Below are positions 56,790-64,000 of a DNA stretch of 64,000 nt, piece by piece. The translations under genes were made by a program, and so were the position numbers. Source of the stretch: Eledone cirrhosa (lineage: Eukaryota); assembly GCA_964016885.1 (NCBI GenBank), contig OZ024741.1, positions 318,308,001 to 318,372,000 of the forward strand, written 5' to 3'. The number at the start of each line of letters is the position of its first letter. Within the stretch, counting starts at the first letter, position 1. Under the pieces are notes generated by a model. The model made no database searches. It saw only the letters and a list, made by a program, of their open reading frames with translations, and was not told the origin of the DNA.

Positions 56790-59700
56790 CTACAGCCGCA
56801 TGACCAGTGTAGGCCCACTCACACGGGCAATTCTCGCCACATTCACCCACCTTTCAGCAAATGTACTGGGGGGCAGCGCTTCTCTCTCCACCCTCACCTT
56901 CCTTTCCAAGTGAAACTTCAAAAAGTTGATGAGGGATTGGCCGAAGAGAAAAGTGTCTGTCTTCAGTCCTTTCAACCTCGTCCACCATACAACTTCTTTC
57001 GCTACTGCCACCAGACAGAGGAAAATTGCCTGCCCTCCCTGGCCAAAAGAAGGCGGCGGATCGATCTTCACTATGGACTCGGCCGATAGCCGGATCCGTT
57101 CTACACGCGACAACAGCTGTTCAACATAACTCCACAAGTCAGTAATGCACGGACACTGGACGAGTGCGTGCAGAACGGTTTCGTCGCTCTGCGCGCATCT
57201 CGGGCAGGTCCGTCTGACAGCACTTCCGTGCCTGTAGAGTTTATCTCGAACCGGCAATTCCCCCCGGTAGCACTGCCAAGCGAGGGATTTTTGGAAATTA
57301 TCCATCGACCCCGGCTCGAAAGTCCTCCGGTACAGACTGGTTAGTTCGACTTCGTTGACTCCCAGAGCCTCTCCTAGAGTCGTCGCACTTGCCCACCACT
57401 AATCCTCTATAGAACTCGAGAGTGGAAGTTCCACTGACCGCATTGCCCGCCTGGTAGGGGGCAGTGAGTGCCTGGCAACATTCCAGATGCCAGTCACCCA
57501 GTCTCGGTCTCTTCTTGACCCAGGACTGCAACTCAGTCAAAGAAACGAGCTGCGGAAAGGCCCGTCTGACAAACGGCGACCAAACCTGTTCACCGTTTCG
57601 GCAGAATATCTGGAGATGCCGCAGCCTCAGCGCGTGCCTGCGCATCATTAGCCACGGCATGCCCAGCCATCCACGTAGAGGGTGCTGGCAGCAGATGGAC
57701 CGCCTCACCAGCGGAACCTGACCCCTCCACAAGAATTTGAAGAGGACCCGCTCCAAGATGGCGAGGCGCGAACCGGGGCAAGGGACGACAGTCAGACGGT
57801 AGTAGATGACGGACGCGATGTACGCGTTCGCCACCTCCGCCCGACTTTCAGTGATAGCTTCATCCCAGCCCATTTCTGGGTGAGACTGACTACCCTGCCA
57901 GTCACCTTGTCCCAATTTTTATCCACCTGGAGGTCTGGCCCGAACCAAACCCCTAGCAACTTTACCGGTCCGTCCGTCCAGCGCCTAACGACGCTGTTGG
58001 ACGACATGGACTTGCCTCTCCAGGTGCCGAGTTGCAAGCCCACTGACTTTTCCGGGTTAAGTTTTGCTCCCGTCCACCTTTCATATTCCTCCAATAAGTT
58101 GCCGACCACCTCGATTTCTGAGGTGTCCGACACCATCACGGTGATGTCGTCCACATAAGCCGACACAGCCTTTCCGCGTCCCGGTTCGAGCGGGATGCCC
58201 TGCAACAGCTCCAGCTTCCGCAGTAAAGGCTCGAGAGTCAATACTTACAGAAGGGAGGAGAGAGGGCACCCTTGACGGACCGATCGGGAGACCTGAAACG
58301 GTTCCGAGAGGTGGCCATTAATTTTGACCATCGAGCAGGTGCCGCTGTGCATTGCAGCGATCCAGCTTCTGAAGACGGGGCCGAAGCCAGCCGCCTTGAG
58401 GACAGCCTCCAGGTACCGATGGTCGACCCTATCGAATGCTTTCGATTGATCTAAATTGATCAGAGCCCCACCGAAGCCAGGTTTACACCCTACCCTCTCT
58501 ATGATGTATCGCATTAGGTGGAGGTTGTCGTGTATGGACCTGGTTGGGATTGCGCAAGTTTGCGCCTCCCCAACCAAATCTCCGACGACAAACGCCAACC
58601 TCTTCGCTAACACCTTGGCCAAAATCTTAAACTCTGTGTTGAGCAGAGTTATGGGCCTGAAGTTGTCTAATGTGTCCCTCTTGTTCTGGTCTTTCCTTAT
58701 CAGCGCCACTACGCCCCGGCTCACAGAACTGGGAATACTCCCGTTTTGCTGACAGTTGCAGTAGAGAGCTTCGAGGGGATTGGAGAACAAGTCTGGCATA
58801 TTTACGTAAAGCTCGTAGGGCAGACCATCCAAACCGGGTGACTTGCGCCTCATGCAGCCGACGACAAGGGCATCCTGAATCTCGGCTGAAGTAATTGGTC
58901 TTTCGCAGCGCCCAGCGTCAGCCGTCGAGAGTTGCGGCAAGCCATCGAGGTAGGGACTGAAGTCCGCCACCATCTCTGACCCGCCACTTCCCCCGAAAAA
59001 CCGAGCAAAACGTTGGCGAAAGGCCTCACACATCCTCTTGGAATCGCTCAGCTCGTGCCCGTCTCGGTCCGTCAAAGACCGAATCGTGGTTTTATTACCA
59101 CGCTGCGCCTCTGCCACGCGGGCCCATCGAACAGCTTTGGTTCCCTCGTTTCTTAGAGCACGCGCCTTAGCACTGACAATGCAACCTTCGTGTTTCGCAT
59201 TGAAGAAATGGTTTAATGCCATTCTCGCCGCTAGCACATCAGTTGCAATACCACTACCAATAGCCTCGTCTAACTTATCTACCAACTCCCCCTCCTTTCT
59301 ATTTTTCTCTAATGCTACTTCTTTGCTAAACTCTAACGACATTACTCTAATCTCTCTTTTGAGAGCCCCCTACCATCTATTGTTGACGACTCCCCCTGTC
59401 AACTTTTTCTTAACTAAATTGTTGACCTGGTCCCTGTAAGCCTTACGTGCCGGAAATGACATGTTTAGCTTCCAGTAACCAGGTCCTAACCTACGCGTCT
59501 TATCTAGGTCGACCATACAGGTCACAAACTTGTGATCTGAATAAGCGACCGTTTCAAAACGTGGACAGCTTACACTATTTCTGTCTATTTTCCTAATGAA
59601 TATCCTGTCTATATACGATCTAGATGACCCTATGCGGTTAGCCCAGGTCCACACTGGCGCATTAGGGAAATCTAGTCGGTACTTGTCAGACAGTTGGAAC

Positions 59701-60218
59701 TGGCTGATCAGGTTCTTGAGGCTTTTGCACCCGCCTCCCCCGCTCCTATCGGATACTCCCACACAGTCCCAGCGTGCGTCTAAGATGCCGTTCCAGTCCC
59801 CCGCTAACAGTAAAGGGCGAGACGTAGCCAGAAAGGCTTCCAGGTGTCTAAAGAAGTCCGGCCGTCCTTCCCCAGTAGGAGCATAGACGGCCACCAGTCT
59901 AAAGGCACCACCTTCATTATTGTTCACGTCCAGGACCACCAACTTCCCGTCCGGGTCCCGGAAGATCGACCTTACCTCGAGATCCAGGCCTTTCCTAAAC
60001 AGCACTTCCACCCCGCCTCCCATTCCCGCCTGGCTAACAGATGCAAAGATCTGATAGTCGTCGAAAATGGGGGCTAGTGCGCGCGTGTCGGAAATCCTGG
60101 TCTCGCTGACTGCAATTACATCCATTTCTATAGACCTGAGGTCGTTGAGCAGGTGACCCTGCTTCCAGGACGATCCCAGGCCTCGAACATTTAAACATCC
60201 TACTCTTAATACGGCCAT
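56790..60218 (-). pseudogene. Tx1 ORF2: APE endonuclease, RT, C-terminal zinc finger (disrupted)
   Basis: LNVRGL, VSET, VYAP, GDWN, SYIDR, SDH, WKLN; KSPGLDGLP, FRPITLLN, LDQSKAFDRV, VRQGCPLS, YVDD; CPRC..ETVLHALVQC. Several stops and frameshifts. Confidence 0.93.
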
Positions 60219-60249
60219 GTTGGCAGGTTAAACAGAGAGAGAGGAAGGT

Positions 60250-62226
60250 TTACTTACCTTCCGGGCTCTTGTGAAGGTCGGGTTGTTCGACCTCCATAGT
60301 TAGTGGGGTTTCTTTTGGGAACCCCTTTAAAAGTCTTGAAGTGGGTTTTACGTTCGGGGTTCCCACGTCCCGAGGAAAGCTGTCTCGTATTTCTTTGAAT
60401 ATGTCGAGCGACATTCGCACCAGAACCAAATCTTCCGGCACTCGAAATGTGCTCGATTTAAAAATTTCCCCCTCTTTTTGTATATTTTCACTTCGTGCTA
60501 CGAGGGCCATCAGTTACTTGTTGGCCCTCCTGACGAGCACGAAGTTTTGTATGTTTTGTTGGTGTGATTTTATTTGTTTGCGTGGCTGTGGTGTTGATGG
60601 TTTTGGTGGTGTTGTTTCGGTTGTATCTGTGTTTGTTGTGAGTGCGGTGTCAGTGGTTTCAGATGTTTGTGTGTATATTTGTTCTTGCGTCTGTTTCGGT
60701 TGTTTGCGTTTGGGGGATTCTGGTGATGGTGATGGTGATGTTGATGTTGGTGTTATTGGAGAGTTGTTTGCGTGGGTGGTGTCTGCGTTTTTTATTGTGG
60801 GTGCTTTTGTGCTTTGTTGAGTTTTTATTTTCTTTTTGTGTTTCTTTTTTGTATTTTGGGGGATTTTGGATTTCCCTCATTTTCACTACTGGTAGATGAG
60901 GCGTCTGTGTCTGTAAGTCTGTATGTATGTATGTTTATGGTTTTATTGGTGTGTGTATTTTCGGGGGGAGGGGGAATTGACAGCTTTCCTCGTTTCCCCC
61001 TGGGTGGTCAATGTTGGTGGTGGTCTTTCTATTGGTGTTGTTGTTGGTGGTTTTGCCGGTGCTGGTGTTGGTTGTGGTCCTCGCCCCGGCGTCGGCAGCA
61101 GTGGAGCCTTTCGACCCCTTGCCTCTTTCAGCAGTTGAGGGCAGAAGGCTCGCAAATGCGTTTTTTCCCCACAAACAAAAGACTGCGGCCTTTTGCCTTC
61201 GGTCATAATGTGAATGACCGTCCCATTCTGAAGGCGGATGTGGTCCAGGATTGTCTTCACATTCTCGGGCCTGATCTGGAGAACGATCTCCAGGTCAACC
61301 CCGGACCAGTCCTCTCTGGCCGTTCTGGTCACTTCTATAGGGACTGTATCCGTCCCCTCCACAATCACACATCCCAGAAGCCACCACATGTCAAGTCCTG
61401 GTGGGATTCTGGGAATGCGGAGACGGGCCGTTCTTTTTCCCACGTGGGAATGGTACATTATGACCTTGCTGGTTTTGCAAGGAGTCAGAGCGTGTTTCAT
61501 AGCGAGGGCTTCTGACTTGAACAACACCGAAATCGTGCCGTACTGTCTTCCCCTCTCTATGTACTGGGTGTCTTCTCTGATGCACCTCAGCGCGACTTCG
61601 ACATCTTCTTGTGGGATTAAAGCTGCCCTTTTGGTTTGTGCTGAGATGCATCTATAATGCACCGTTTTGCGCTCCACTGCCTCAATAGCTTCTACCGGGA
61701 CAGTTAAGTTGGCCCAAGTTTGCTCTTGCTTGATGAGCTTCCATGCCTGGGCCAACTTTTCATCTTTGTTTGAGAGGTCCATGTTGAAGCATGGCCTCTT
61801 TTTTGCTGCTGCCGCAGCGAAAGTGTTCTTGTTTTCGTTGGGGGTATTGTTGACGTTGTTCTTGTTGGTGTTAGCACTGTCGCTGTTATCATTGTTGTCT
61901 TTGTTGCCACCGTTGTTCTCGGTGCAGTTGGTATTGTTGCTGTTGGTGTTGTCGCTATTTGTTTTCATGTTAGTGGTGTTGATGTTGTTGTTGTATTTGT
62001 TATTTTTTTTGTTATCTGTAATTTCGTTGTCGCTGTTACTGTCATTTTTTTCAAAATTAGAGTTCTTATTGGTATCATTGGTGTCTTTGTTTACCTCGTT
62101 TGTGGTGGTGTTTGTGTTATCAATGTGTGTTAATTTCGCTGTAGCGCTCCTCTCAACTTCTACGTCGTTGTCGCACGACAGCCGATATATCGCTGGGGGG
62201 GGGGGGGGGGGGGGGGGCTCAGCCAT
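60250..62226 (-). pseudogene. Tx1 ORF1 (disrupted)
   Basis: 427-aa ORF with Asn-rich N-terminus, RRM-like GTISVLF segment and degenerate knuckle SFVCGEKTHLRAFC. Continues in broken frames to 60250. Confidence 0.75.
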
Positions 62227-62459
62227 GTTTTTTTTCTTCGTAAATTTTTTAACATGTAAAAAAAAAGTTCAAATATTCGGGCCAAAAGGCCCAAATATTA
62301 TACTTTCCCCTTCACGGGGCAAAGTCTAAGGGCTTATATCCCTTACACAACAAGAAATATTTAACAACAAATAATTTTAACAGGCAAATAAAGCGACTTA
62401 CTGGGAGCGAGCAAAATACGTCCGCTTAGACCAATAATAATAATAATAATAATAATAAT

Positions 62460-62720
62460 AATTGTTTCTATTTTTGGAACAAGGCCAACAATTACCAAGT
62501 ACATTACTGGTACTTTATTTTATCGACCCCGTAAGGATGAAAGGCAAAGTTAACCTCGGCGGGATTTGAACTCAGATCATAAAGGGACGTAACTCTATGC
62601 TTCAAAGCATGGCGCCCGACCCTCTACCGTTACTGCCAATCCACCGTGGTTTCTGATTTAGGCACAAGGCCAACAATTTTGTGGGAAGGGAAAAGTCGAT
62701 TAAATCGACCCCAGTGCATT
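62460..62720 (-). mobile_element. tRNA-derived SINE plus tail of a second copy
   Basis: Same family as 35905-36092. Its (ATT)n tail directly abuts the Tx1 5' end. Confidence 0.88.
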
Positions 62721-62876
62721 ATTTAATACACAGGAATATGTCTGTCTGTAAGTCTGTCTGTATGTATGTATGTATATGCGTATGCGTATGTATGTGTATA
62801 TATGTGTATGTGCATGTATGTAGAGAGAAACAGTAACAAGATGAATCAACAAATGAAAGGTTGTCGCGTTCTTCCA

Positions 62877-62966
<90 letters not shown>

Positions 62967-63671
62967 TCTCTCCCTGCCTCCCTCACTTTCACTCTCTCTC
63001 TCTCATCCCCCTCTTTCTTTCTCTCTTTCTCTCCCTCACTCTCATCCCCCTCTCTTTTTCTCTCTCTCTGAAGTGCAAAACCACATGTGGATGCAGCCTT
63101 ATGTTCCTCATAGTGGACAGAATTACAAAAGTGTTATCTGGTGGTGGTGATGGTGGTGGCAGTGGTGGTGGCAGTGGTGGTGGCAGTGGTGGTGGCAGTG
63201 GTGGTGGCAGTGGTGGTGGGGTTATAGCGAAGAAGATGCACTGCACTGAAAGAATCTGTCCTCGGAAATTCATAACAACGTCCTGACTGATCTGAATTCA
63301 CCATAATCTTTGAGGTCCATTCAACGTTTTTATATACAGCATCAATAATGACAAATGACGTTTGTTGATATAAACCAAAATAAAAGTCAATTACATGAGA
63401 AAACTAGATTACCTTCTCATCAGATATGGTAATTCCTTTCCTAAATGCAACAATGGTATATGTGAAATTAAAATACTACTTAACCGAAATCGAATTTCAG
63501 ATGCAACGTGCTTTGGAGATTTCCAACTCCATTTTAAATTATACAGTTTAAAGTATTGTATGATATATGTACACATATACATACGTACATATATATACAT
63601 ATATATATATATATATGTATGTAATGTATGTATATATATATATATGTATATATGTATATATGTATGTAATG

Positions 63672-63736
<65 letters not shown>

Positions 63737-63759
63737 ATATATATATTAATACTTATATG

Positions 63760-63816
<57 letters not shown>

Positions 63817-63830
63817 ATATATATATATTA

Positions 63831-63877
<47 letters not shown>

Positions 63878-63922
63878 CATATATATATATATATATATAT
63901 GTATGTATATATATATATATTA

Positions 63923-64000
<78 letters not shown>

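Larger units (their letters stand above)
56530..62432 (-). mobile_element. Full-length, decayed Tx1-clade (L1 group) LINE in (TAA)n
   Basis: 5' end GGTCTAAGCGGACGTATTTT, then ORF1, APE-RT-zinc finger ORF2 and 3' UTR. (TAA)n on both flanks. Confidence 0.93.

Noticed and set aside
61238-62329. Plus-strand ORFs of 139 and 220 aa
   Set aside because: Antisense shadows of the low-complexity Tx1 ORF1.
63405-63430. Minus-strand CTGATGA
   Set aside because: No downstream GAAA or stem III. It forms a simple local hairpin only.

Overview
AT-rich eukaryotic DNA made almost entirely of repeats. I found no host protein-coding gene. The tRNA-derived SINE sequences and the very high (TA)n/(CA)n/(TACA)n density suggest an octopus or other coleoid cephalopod (inference). 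Most ORF-track entries are microsatellite artefacts. The real coding remnants are all mobile elements: three distinct Penelope-like elements (PLEs: Neptune-like 18.8-21.5 kb, an unusual insertion-in-fingers type 23.6-26.1 kb, a near-intact Hydra-like element 40.2-45.7 kb), a full-length Tx1-clade LINE plus truncated copies in (TAA)n, a CR1-group LINE, and RTE, R4-like, CRE-like and pogo relics. There are also many SINEs and small Tc1/mariner-type MITEs. The main signal is non-coding. About 20 minimal type-I hammerhead ribozyme (HHR) motifs from roughly 10 sequence families sit in PLE pseudo-LTRs and in small fold-back elements embedded in (TA)n, including a young 310-bp retrozyme-like tandem array. 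Three of the small families share an upstream chassis (TTCTAATTT, ACCG-N12-AGTT, TATA-like box, long enclosing stem). The enclosed module is a hammerhead in two families and a tRNA-like cloverleaf in the third, which may be an undescribed class of PLE-mobilised, tRNA-processed element. All folds and alignments were done by eye.
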